This document shows, piece after piece, positions 36,901-48,742 of a DNA stretch of 64,000 nt (positions within the stretch are counted from its first letter, which is position 1; every line of letters begins with the position of its first letter). Made by a program: the position numbers and the translations under genes. The notes below the pieces were generated by a model. It saw only the letters and a program-made list of their open reading frames with translations, had not been told where the DNA came from and did not search any database. The stretch covers positions 806,001 through 870,000 of the forward strand of contig JBHGNT010000013.1 of assembly GCA_043228905.1 (NCBI GenBank), written 5' to 3'. This stretch comes from Azolla caroliniana (taxonomy: Eukaryota > Plantae > Polypodiophyta).

Positions 36901-37923
36901 CATGCAAAATGTGAAGCCAGTCGGGTCGACATTGCCAACAAACAGCAAGTTGTCCGGGAGGCAAAGTCCAAAGTCGAAGGCGGAAAGGCTGGCCTTATGA
37001 AGGTACCCTACGCCTTAGTAGTCGGAAGCCTTATGTATGGGATGTTTGCACTAGACTGGACATTAATTCTGTTGTCAGAGTCATCAGCCGATTCATGAAT
37101 AATCATGGCAAAGAGCACTGGGCAACGATCAAGTGGATAATCTAGTACCTTAAAGGCACCTTGAGCGTGTGCTTTCGATTTGGCTTAGGTAACCCCTTAT
37201 TGGAAGTTTTTACTTACTCTGACATGTCGGTTGATGTAGACACCAGTCCATCCACGTCGGGGTATGTAATGATTTATGCAGGGGGAGCCGTCTAATGGCA
37301 GTTGAGGCTACAAAAGGTCGTGGCGTTTTCGACCATGGAAGCGGAGTATATGGCAATTGTAGAAGCCGGCAAGGAAATAATATGGATGAAGGAGTTCATC
37401 GGGGAGTTGGGGATTCGGCAAGATGAATTTCGACTATACTGCGACAACCAAAGTGTCGTCCACCTTACAAAGAATGCCTCCTACCACTTGAGGACAAAGC
37501 ACATCCAAAGGAGATACCATTGGCTCTGGGAGCGGGTAGAAGAAAAGGAGTTTGTCCTGATGAAGATCCACACAACGGACAACGGATCATACATGTTGAC
37601 GAAGGTGTTGTCGACAGAGAAACTAGACGTGTGTCAACGTTGAGTTAGATTGTCGGATCACCCCATGTCGGAGTGAAGGGGAAGGAAAGCCCAGGCCAAA
37701 TTAGAAGGATCAAAAGAAAAGAGAGAATTTGAATCTGGATCGGTGTCTAGATCGGTATCCAGATCGAGTTCGCATTGGCATTCGGAAAAGGCCACATATG
37801 TAAATAGGTTTTATGATGCGCCTATTTAGGCCAGATTTGTAAATAAGCCCGAATGTTATATGACTATAAATATAACTAGGGCAAAACTTTATGTAAGAGA
37901 GTTTATAGTGTTGTAACAATGAT

Positions 37924-37985
<62 letters not shown>

Positions 37986-38020
37986 TGTGTGTGTTGTTGC
38001 ATCTCGGTTGTAACCGTCAT
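33990..38020 (+). mobile_element. Decayed Copia, relative of the young Copia at 53524
   Basis: gag-PR-INT-RT-RH fragments (WVVDS, ELVHTD, LYGLKQAPRQW, LLYVDN, TKHIQRRYHW) with many stops and frameshifts. PPT GAGTGAAGGGGAAG near 37671, followed by a partial LTR. Confidence 0.92.
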
Positions 38021-38186
38021 TAGGCAAAGAAAATGAGCTCGAGGTTGTTGCCTGCGAGTCTTAGTGTATTTGTTGAGCGGACAAGCTCAATCAAATCTGG
38101 ATCAGCTGAGTAAGCCAGAGTCGGATTGGTACCCGGAACCAAAAGCCGGATTGGAGAGCCAGATCGTTGTCGTGTAACTACGCCTA

Positions 38187-38875
38187 TGTGTGAGAAATGA
38201 AGGCGGGACCACAGGGGTCCTAGACCAAAGAGCGTGAGAAGAAGGGGGAGAGAAACAATGAGCGCGTGTCGTGCAAAGCGTTGGGTGCCGCGAACACAGA
38301 ACTCGTCCGGCTCAAACGAAACTAGAGCGACGCAAGAGACAATTAGAAGAGAAATGGGGCCACAATCAATTAAGAAAAGCAGGTTACAACCAGCACACCG
38401 GTAGCCGAGCCACAACTCAGCCAACAATGCACACACCCCAACTCTGAGATACAATGTGGTGCCTTGGTCGGGAGCACACGGGCTTCGTGCACGAACAAAG
38501 GCGTCCGGTAAAGAACTCCTGTAGAGAATGAAACAGAGAACAATGCACTGTTCCCAGTCCAACAACACTTGGTTCTCCTAAATCCCGCAATCCCCAACTC
38601 AATCCTCTCTCCCTCCTTTTATAGACCAAGGAGAGAGAGGGGGTTGTTACATCAAGTAGTTTCGGATAGAGATTCGCCTAGATTTATTCGTCCTATTAAA
38701 GTTTCCTACGTCACGCCAACCTAGCCTAGTTCTAGGTTTTATTTACAAGCATAGTTTATAATTAGCATGCATTCGTGCATGTTGCGGTTCATATGCCTTT
38801 GGTCTCCGTTTCTTCTTGTAGCCGGTTTTCCCCACCACATCCACCCCCACCAAACCGCATGTCCACCGGTATGTG

Positions 38876-38936
<61 letters not shown>

Positions 38937-39420
38937 GGAAGAATCGACCATTTATCACTGGTCGTCCTCCAATCCGTCGACCTTCCCACCTTCGTCTGCT
39001 CTTTCCGGGCCGTCATTCTCGTCTTCGCAACCCGGGTCCGGCTCGTCCTCGTACCATTTCATGAATGCCTTGATCCGTTTTCGGACAACTGATACCGCCA
39101 TTCGTGTTCCGTCGAGCTCTGCGAGATGGTATGTGGTGTTGTCGTTTGCTCTCATCACCACATAGGGCCCGAATCATCTCCTTGCGAATTTTCGCGTTGC
39201 CTTATGCTGGTTGTCGAGGCTGCTGTACTAAACCAACACCCATTCGCCTTCCTCAATCTTCTTCGGTCTCAACCAGTGTGTCTGGTCGAACCGGTCATTG
39301 TTCTTCTTCCGCGCGGCATACAATTTCGCCTTTGCCCGTTCCACGTCCTCCGGTCTCCGCTCGAGCTGGCGAATCCATGCGACCTCCACGAAACCAGTTT
39401 TCTCTTCAACCGGATCGTCC
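38187..39420 (-). mobile_element. 3' end of a Gypsy: integrase tail, PPT and 3' LTR (~38187-38839)
   Basis: ANDNTTYHLAELDG integrase C-terminus. The PPT GGTGGGGGTGGA before TGTGG at 38839 is the same as the PPT at 48028-48039. Confidence 0.8.
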
Positions 39421-39479
39421 CATCTCGTGACCTCCTAGACCCGCTTCGTCCCGTAGTCTGCTTCCTCCTTCCTTAGCCA

Positions 39480-39894
39480 CACTTCGAAGAGGCCTTCTAG
39501 CACCGATGGCCAAAATCCGGAGTCCTTCATCTTTTGGCCGCCATCGCTTCCGACGGGGATCCCAGTTGATGCCGAATAGTGGATGGCTTCGGCGTGCACG
39601 CCGCGGCTTCCTCCATCAACCGCTTCATTCCGTCGTGCCCGGTATTCAACTCCAGGGTTTTCTGGGTTTTTCTCTCGGAGTTGATCTCTTCTCTTTTCGG
39701 GTTTTCATCTTATTTCTGTTTCTTCGTAACTGGTTTCCTGCTCTACATGCAAACTGCGTGACACGGTTCTTTCCGTAAACCTACACACTCGTTGTCCCGC
39801 TTCTGGTAACCGAGCAAGCACACCGTCACAATCACTCTTCCTACGCCCTCTGACTCCTTGGTTCAAGACCCTCGTGGTGCTGCCCGTTTCAACA
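39480..39894 (+). mobile_element. Partial LTR (3' end)
   Basis: Ends GGTTCAAGACCCTCGTGGTGCTGCCCGTTTCAACA, carrying the U5 motif shared with other LTRs. Start undefined. Confidence 0.5.
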
Positions 39895-41714
39895 CGTACT
39901 CGGGGAAAACCGTGACACCGTAAACCTAGATTACAATACTAATCTAAATTTATGTTACAAGTAGGTCAGCACATAACCGAGTCGGTAGAGGTGAGGTCTG
40001 TGTTGAGCCTATCCTGGCTCAGTATCATGATTGATTCGGTTGACTCTTACCTTCTATTCCTCGTTCGGCTTTCTTTTGCCCGATCACTTGTCGTAGTCCC
40101 ATCTTTGTCCTTAGTGCTCAGAAGCGTTGATCTGGGAGTGGCTTTGTCAGGCAATCAACGATGTTCACCTCTGTGTCAATCTTCCGGACTTCGAGCCTCT
40201 TCTTGGTTATGAGCTCCCGGAGGTGATGATACCGCACCTCAATATGCTTTTTCTTTGCATGATAGATAGGATTGTTGATGAGGTATTTTGTGCTCTATAA
40301 GTCGTAATAGATGGTAGGCGTTGGTCGGTCGAATCGGCCTATAGCTGAAAAATCGGCAGACTATCGGTGCAGCCAGATCGCTTCCTTCGTTTCCTCTGAT
40401 GCTGCTATGTACTCGGCCTCCATGGTTGACATGGCCGTACACTCTTGAAGTTTCGACCTACATGATATAGCACCACCACCATAGGTGAAGATATAGCCAG
40501 ATGTTTACTTTTGATTGTCCGTATTTCTGGCATAGTCGGAGTCAATGTAGCCTTTGACTTCGGCAAAGTTTGTCAAACCGAAAGTTAGTTGTGTATCTTC
40601 TGTCCCTCTCAGGTCCCTGAAGATGTGCTTGACGGCCTCCCAATTCTTCTGACTTGGGTTTGACATGTACCGACTGACCACTCCTACGACATAGCCTAGG
40701 TCGGGTCAGGTCACCACCATTGCGTACATGATACTTACTACGGCCGATGCATAGCGCATCTTTCCAATAAGCTCTCTCTCCTTGCCATTGAAGGAGAGTC
40801 TTTGTTTGATAGTCGGATCAACATCGGAAGAAGTGTTGGTGTTGGCTTCACATTCTCCATGTTGAAGCGCCTCAGCAATTTCTGGATACAGTCGAACTAG
40901 GAGAGTTTGAGAGTCTTGGTCATCTGATTTCGCTCGATCCTCATGCCTAGTATGTGATGGGCTTGTCTGAGTTCCTTCATCGTGAATTTGTCGTGAAGGC
41001 TCCGCTTCAACGTTCCGATCTCTGCTCGATTGCTTCCTGCAATCAACATGTCGTCGACATATACGATCAGATAAATCCTGGACTCGTCGGCCAGTTGCCG
41101 AACATACATGCATGGGTCGGAGTCAGATCGACGGTGTCGTGAAGATTTTCGGCAATAATGTGAAAATCCCATAAAACGTACAAAATCGAGTATGAACCAC
41201 ATAATACAATAATTGTGAAGATAACATTTTAAATAAATTTAATATCTAAGTAAAAAATGATGGAGGTTTCGAATGCACTTTATTACACGAGAAACGGACA
41301 ACTAAATGTCAAGATATGAGGGTATAAAGTTTGTGAAAGGAAAAGAGAAAAATTGTGAGATATCCCACATAGGCACGACAAATACGGCTCTCATCATATA
41401 TAAGGTAGAGCAAAAGATATTATCTTTGTGTCTATGTGTGGAGCATAGAGAGTTCAAGGTAACTTGAACTAAGAGTGGAGGTGGGCTAGCTACTCGTAAA
41501 GGGTTTTGGCCAACCAAAACTGGACCGACGATGGAGCCGGTGATCCGGTGGCATCCGGCGCCAGTGAGACACCGGCATCCGACGGCAATCTGGCAACGAC
41601 GAGGCGGCGGCACCCGGCGACGACATCGGTATCCGACGGCATCCGACGAACCGGCGTCAGGTGACTAGATAAATAAATATATAAATATATATACATATAT
41701 ACATATACAAGGAG

Positions 41715-41781
41715 GGCAAGTAAGGATTCGAACCTTGCACCTCCGAGTTAGGAGTCAATTGGTTTACCATTAAGCCATGCC
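41715..41781 (-). ncRNA. tRNA-like Pol III cassette in the 5' LTR (antisense)
   Basis: A-box TGGCTTAATGG and B-box GGTTCGAATCC at tRNA-like spacing; imperfect cloverleaf. Confidence 0.6.
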
Positions 41782-42255
41782 ATTTAGTTGAATTTATATT
41801 ATTATCATTATGCTTTTACCTGTAAATTCTCATACATGAGAGCTAAAATGAGTGACATGGTTATCATGCACCACATGTAATATATAAGCGCCAAATGGCA
41901 AGCATGCATTTTATGCATGTCTTGTACCCTCACATGCATCATATGCATGAGAGCATCTATAAAAGAAGGAAGGGGGAGGAGAAAAAACACGTTTTTTTTT
42001 TGTTATGAAATTAAGAAGAAGAAATTCGTTATCAAATTGATGGTGTAACTTGTTTCTTAAATCCAAAGATAAAAGTTCAATCAATCTCTCTCAATCGTTT
42101 AATCTCAACTTCTCTCTTTCCCAATCTATCTTAAGTACTTTCTCGCCAAAGCTTGCGCTAAAGCTTGTACCGACTTTGAATCCTTCCGGTCAAGAACCCC
42201 GGCGGTTCCACCTCACGATCCGCGTGTAGTGACGGATCTTCATGACATAATTAAG

Positions 42256-42273
42256 TGGTGAACCCGACATGAA
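42256..42273 (+). promoter_or_regulatory. Primer binding site, tRNA-Trp type
   Basis: TGGTGAACCCGACATGAA, 8 nt after the LTR end. Confidence 0.8.
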
Positions 42274-42314
42274 AGAGGCGGTAGGAAGGATCAAGTCGAG
42301 ATTAATACTTGGAG

Positions 42315-45300
42315 ATGGCGTCCTCAAGCAACCAAGCGGGAGAGCTCGAAAGGATGATGCTAATCGTCGAGCAAATGATGAGATCTCGGGACAATGACGC
42401 GAGCGTGGAGAAGGCTGTCGATCGTGTCGTAGAGCTCGAGGGCCAATTCGATGGAAGGAACGTTACGTAGTTCCTTGATGCATATAGAAGGGAGATGAAT
42501 CAGAGGGACGTGTCCGAGGCACGTCAAATCGTAAGCTTCAAGAGAGTTGTCGCCAACAACATCCAAAGACGCGTCATCGAGCTTCAAGAAGGTAAGACAA
42601 CATGGTCCGAGTTCGAGAAAACGATAATAGCGGAGTTCGTGACTGAAGACTCAACAAGGATGACTCGACATGCCTTGATTAAGTGGATAGAGAAGAAGAA
42701 TAAGAAGATGAGCGTCTCGAGGGTGTACGACAAATTCGACCAGATGTTTAGTCGTCTCCCCAATACGAACCAAGTGTTGCTTGAAGAGGACAAGACTTTG
42801 TACTTCTTGAAGGTCGTGGACATAAAGGATAGACAGGAGTTGGGGACTCTTCTCGAAGATGATACCCAAGCAAATGGGCTCGTAGCGGACTGGATCGCGG
42901 TGAAGCGGGCATGCAATAGGCTCGACAAGTGTCGCCAATGGGTTGATGACACCGACTTGACGAGACCGACTACCACGGAGAAAGCAAGACCGCAGAAAGT
43001 AGCTGAGCCGCCAAGACAAAGTAACGTGGAAGAAAAGAAGATTGATGACGACATCATTGAAGAGCTAGCGAAGAAGTTCGAGAAGATCACGCTAGCCAAC
43101 ATGAATCGTCGGGGCCCTAAAGGAAAAGAACCCTTTAGATGCGTGTGGTGCGATAGCATGGACCACATGAGAAGGGATTGTGCGAGCCTTCGAGAGGCAA
43201 TTCGACAAAATATCGTATACATAGAGGACAACATGATTTGCTCAAGCGAGACTAGAAGACCCCTACGGGTGAATTTCGGAAGAGAAGGAATGAAGAAATC
43301 TATGGAGGATGCCAATGCGACTCATGTGGATGCGATGCACTATGCTGCGTCGGCCGGAATAAGAGGCGGGAAAGAAAATATTGAAGCTGTTAGAGTGGGA
43401 GCAAAGTTTTGGACTTCCGTTCTCGAATTGAGAAGAAGGGAAAAGTCACATCGAACGAGGTAGAGCTTGCGGGCGGAAGCGTGCAAAGCATAACCGGGTG
43501 GTCGGATCCGGTGGACGACAACACCATACTCGCAGAGGTGATGTGCGACAACCACGAGGTGTTCGTCGAAGAAAAGAGAAAGAGAATAGAAGAGCAAGGC
43601 CCATCAAAAAGACATGAAACAAGGAATGCGAAAAAGAAGGACGATGCGGAGACGAGTCGACCTTTACAAACGGAGGAACGAGAATCAAGCCGAAAAGGGG
43701 AGCCGAGCATATGAGTTGAAGAAATGGTTTGGCCCGTGAAGGTTGGTGTCGAAGACCCCACTCGGAGGACAAGGACTATACCTACCTATAAGCTAAGGTC
43801 GGACATAGAGCAGACGACGGACCTAAAGAAGATTCTCGAAGAACGAGTTCTTGATAGCCATGTAACTTTGTCCTTGAGGGAATTGCTTGGCATTACGATG
43901 AAGGAGTTCCATGACACGATCGTGGACCTTGTAAAGAGAAAGAGACAACAATCGAACGAGGAAGAAGAGAAGCCGCAAAAAGCAAAAACGAATGCCATAA
44001 CGATGGCAAGAGACGAAGTCGATGAAGATATGGTGGACAGCCACTATACTCGGCCTCATTGTGCACGAGCGACAACGGAGACGCCGGTGAAGATCGGGGA
44101 GAAGAAAGAGACCGTGGTAGCCTTGATCGACCACGGCTCGGAGATCAACCTCATGTCAACCGACTTCTACAAAAAAGGAAGATGGCCAATCAATACAAAC
44201 CACGGATGGAAGATTCGCACGGCAACAAAGTCTACGGAGGACTTGTACGGAGCTTGTCCCAATATCAAAGTCACAATCGGGGATGTGGAGATGGATCAAC
44301 ACTTCTTCGTTCAAGAATCGGCGTCGCATCCTGTCATCCTAGGGCAACCTTATATCACATCATCTCGAATGGAGACCAAAGTGTTCGATAATGGAGCAGC
44401 CTTCGCACGAATAAAGAGTCTTGACAACCAAAGATCGGTCCAATTCCTAACGGTGCGAGCCAATCATGAAAGGAATCGAGATAGTCTCGGAGGCGAATCC
44501 TCGTATTTTTAGAGCGGACTATTGAAGCATGGGGCACAAATAGTCCGAGCAATCACAAGACCCCACAAGAAAGAAGAGTGTGTGGATTGCGAGGAGAAGC
44601 AACATGTGTCACACCTAGTGCGCATGTAAACTAGTACTACCCGACAAGAAGCACAAGCACCGGATACAAGAATTCGAGAAGATGCTGAAAGAAGAAAACA
44701 TAATAGAAGAAGGAGAGTTCGTGACTCATATTCTGGAAGAAGCCTCATTTAATGACACCATCGGCGAAATCGAGGATGTCGTGGACTTGAGCTATCTTCA
44801 CAACCAACGCGTGATTTCGGTTAACTCCGTCAACATGTACGCTATCATCGATGAATACCGTCGTGGCATCTCGATGAAGGAAGCTGACATCAACACGAAA
44901 TATAAAACGGTGGATAAGAAGATCAAGCCAGTTGCGGCTCCGCTATCGGAAGATAGCTGGCAAAAGATGAAGGAAGTCGCTAATGATCCAAGCTTAAGAG
45001 ATCCGAAGAAGATAGGTCATGTCTTCACCAAAGAGACGAAGGGGAAGCTACGAGTTGGAAAGGAGGATTTCCTTCTCCCTGAAGAGGAGCGAATGTTTCG
45101 CGATATGCTTGAGAGACATGGGAAGGCTTTCGCATTCTTCCCACGAGAAATCGGATGCGCAGACCCAAAGGTTATAGAGCCGATGGTGATCTTCACGGTG
45201 CCTCATGTGCCTTGGAATTTGAACTGATACCAGTTCCGAGAGCACACCTTCCGAAGCTGATCGAGCTCTTAAAGGAGAAGGTGAGTATGGGAATTCTAGA

Positions 45301-48079
45301 ACCGTCGAATGCTCCTTATTCCAATAGGTGGTTCACGGTGCCGAAAAAGAATGGATCATTCCGATTCATCCAAGATCCTCAACCCGTCAACAAGGTGACA
45401 ATTCGAAATGCCGGAATCGGTCCGAGTGTGGACGAATTTGCCGAAGCGTTTGCGGGCCGGTCCATCTACTCCATTGGCGATCTCTACTCCGGATATGACC
45501 AATTCCAATTGACGATCGACAGTCGGGACATTACAACCATGAGGACTCCGATCGGGCTTGTGCGGATGTGTACCTTACCCCAAGGCGCAACGAACTCGGT
45601 GACTCATATGGTGAATGCCATGAATAAAGTCTTGAAGGATTGCATCCCGGACATCACGATGCCATTCTTGGATGATATTCCGATAAAAGGATGTTAGGAT
45701 GAGGAGAAAGATGAATTGAAAGATAAGGAAGGTTGTAGAAAGTTCGTTGCGGATCATATGAAAGATTGCGAGAAGGTGCTTCAAAGGCTCGAAGATGCGA
45801 CTTTGACATTTTCGGGAGAAAAATCCGCATTCGGGCAACCAGAGATCTTGGTGGTAGGTCACTTGTGTGGAGCATACGGCCGGAAGCCCTCGCCATCCAA
45901 AGTGAACGCAATCCAAGACATGAAAGAAGAATGCGAAAACCAAACGGAGGTTCGAAGGTTCCTTGGAGCGTGCGCGTTTTATCATATATGGATTCCTCAC
46001 TACACTCATGTCACCGAACCATTATATGGACTACTAAAGAAAAGAATGAAGTTCGAATGGCGAGACGAGCACACAAATGTGATGCGAAGATTAAAGAAAC
46101 TGCTTCTTGAAGCTCCGGCACTAAGGAAGGTTGACTATGCCGAAGGGAAACCAATTTACGTGACCGTAGATACGAGCCCAACCGGAATCGGGTGGGTCAT
46201 CAATCAAGAAGGTGAAGATAATGCGCGATATGCCGTCTGGTTCAGAGCAAAGGTTCTCAGCGAACGGCAACAAAGATATGCCCAAATCAAGCGGGAACTT
46301 TGGGGTATTGTGTCGGCAGTGAAGACGGACAAAGATTACCTGATTGGGTCAGAAGTGATAATAGAAACAGATTGTCTCCCAATTCTCGGAATGGTCTCGG
46401 GATGTGCGACCCCAGATCTTGCTATGCTAAGGTGGATCGCCTACATCAAGTCTTTAAACCCAGAGATCCGTCACATTGCAGGGAAGAAGAACGCCATGAC
46501 TGACATGCTGTCGAGGGCAAGATTTTCAAATGGAAGTAACATGGTTTCGAAAGATGAAGATGTCGCCCTCGACTTCTTCAAGATGGCTCGATTGTCGGAG
46601 GAAGACTAGGACATGCAAACCCTCCACGCCTTCAACGAGAACGATTACAAAGGAGAGTGGTTACTCATCGGTAGATTCCTAAGAACATTGACGACATATG
46701 CTTCGTTGACAAAGGAGGAGGCCCTACGAATCCGAAAGAAAGCTTACCGATACTTCTTGAAGGGAGGATTCCTTTGGAGACATCCAAAAAGAAGGACAGG
46801 AATACCACATCGAGTGGTGGTAAAGAAAGAAGAGCAAGAGACGCTGATGATCGAATTCCACGAGAGTGCTCGGGCAGGTCATAGAGGAACATGGGCGACG
46901 TTCGAAAAGTTGAAGGAGAAGTACTGGTGGCCAAGCATGTACAAAGATGTACTCCATTTCGTGTCCACATGCGAAACTTGCCAAATATATTCAAATATAC
47001 GTCATCGTGATGAGTTACAGCCGACATACCCACTCACCATACATTTCAAATGGATGGTGGATCTGGTCTCGATGCCAATGGGAGTGGGACAGATGAAGTA
47101 CTTAGCGCTGGCAAGGGAAGACTTGACAAATCAAGTGGAAGGACGAGCCTTGACAAATAAGACGACATCAGCTGTTTGCAAATTTCTGCTTGAAGAGGTT
47201 GTTTGCCGATATGGATGTGTAGGGAAGATAGTGGCCGACCAAGGGGAGTTGGACGGGCACGAAGCGACTGAGCTCTTCGAAAGACTAGGTGTGAAACTCT
47301 CCCTTACGACTGCCTACAATCCGGAAGCGAATGGGAAGATCGAGCGAGGGCATGGACCTATCGTTAAAGCCATCGTACGGGCATGCAACGGTCGAGTCGA
47401 GAATTGGCCACGACTATTACCCTATGCCTTGTGGGCCGATAGAACGACACATATCTCGGTGACAGGGTATATGCCGACAGAGCTTATGTATGGACAAAAG
47501 CCGATTATGCCCATCGAAAGGACGATCGCCTCATGGGTAGCGATACCGTGGGAGAACAAGATGAGCCGAGAAGAGTTATTAGCGGCGCGGATAAGGCAAC
47601 TTGAAAGAAGACCTGAAGATTTAGAAAAAGCGCGAAAGATGATGGAGGCAGCCCGAGTAAAGAACAAAGTTCGGTTCGACAACACGCATCGACTTCGTCC
47701 CAAGAAGATTAAAGAAGGGGATTCGGTTTTGGTTTACGACAACACCCTTGACAATCAACACAATACAACAAGGAAGTTCGCAAGAAGATGGTTCGGGCCG
47801 TATGTGGTGACAAGTGCCAACGATAATGCCACATACCACCTTGCAGAACTAGACGGATCAAGGTTGGTCGTACCCATTGCGGGAAAAAGAGTAAAGATTT
47901 TCAAGAAAAGACAAGACAAGGATCCTGACCTCGATTACCTCGACGATGAACACAATAATCTAATTGATCACCGTAGCCGAAATCTCACTTTCTCTCTTCT
48001 TGGCACGTACCGGAGGACGTGCGGTTTGGTGGGGGTGGATGTCGTGAAGATTTTCGGCAATAGTGTGAAAATCCCATAA
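42315..48079 (+). pseudogene. Gypsy gag-pol, interrupted
   Basis: Zinc knuckle CVWCDSMDHMRRDC, PR ALIDHGSEIN, RT LPQG/FLDD, RH VTVDTS, INT H..GH..CETC and FGPY. Stops and frameshifts near 43463, 45225, 45697 and 46609. Confidence 0.92.
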
Positions 48080-48675
48080 AACGTACAAAATCGAGTATGA
48101 ACCACATAATACAATAATTGTGAAGATAAAATTTTAAATAAATTTAATATCTAAGTACAAAATGATAGAGGTTTCGAATGCACTTTATTACACGAGATAC
48201 GGACAACTAAATGTCAAGATATGAGGGTATAAAGTTTGTGAAAGGAAAAAAGAGAAAATTGTGAGATATCCCACATAGGCACGACAAATACGACTGTCAT
48301 CATATATAAGGTAGAGCAAAAGATATTATCTTTGTGTTTATGTGTGGAGCATAGAGAGTTCAAGGTAACTTGAACTAAGAGTGGAGGTGGGCTAGCTACT
48401 CGTAAAGGGTTTTGGCCAACCAAAACCGGACCAGTGATGGAGCCAGTGATCCGACGGCATCCGACGACAATCCAGCGACGGCATCCGGCGCCGCTGAGAC
48501 GACGACATCCGGCCCGGACCGGCGATGGAGCCGGTGATCCGGCGGTGGCGAGGCGGCGACATCCGGCGAGGCACCAGTAACCGATGGCATCCGGCGACGG
48601 CACCGGTATCCGACGAACCGGCATCCGGTGACTAGATAAATAAATATATAAATATATATACATATATACAAGGAG

Positions 48676-48742
48676 GGCAAGTAAGGATTCGAACCTTGCA
48701 CCTCCGAGTTAGGAGTCAATTGGCTTACCATTAAGCCATGCC
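48676..48742 (-). ncRNA. tRNA-like Pol III cassette in the 3' LTR (antisense)
   Basis: GGCATGGCTTAATGGTAAGCCAATTGACTCCTAACTCGGAGGTGCAAGGTTCGAATCCTTACTTGCC. Confidence 0.6.

Noticed and set aside
48676-48742. A functional tRNA-Arg(CCT) gene
   Set aside because: The acceptor and anticodon stems are defective, so it is reported only as a tRNA-like cassette.
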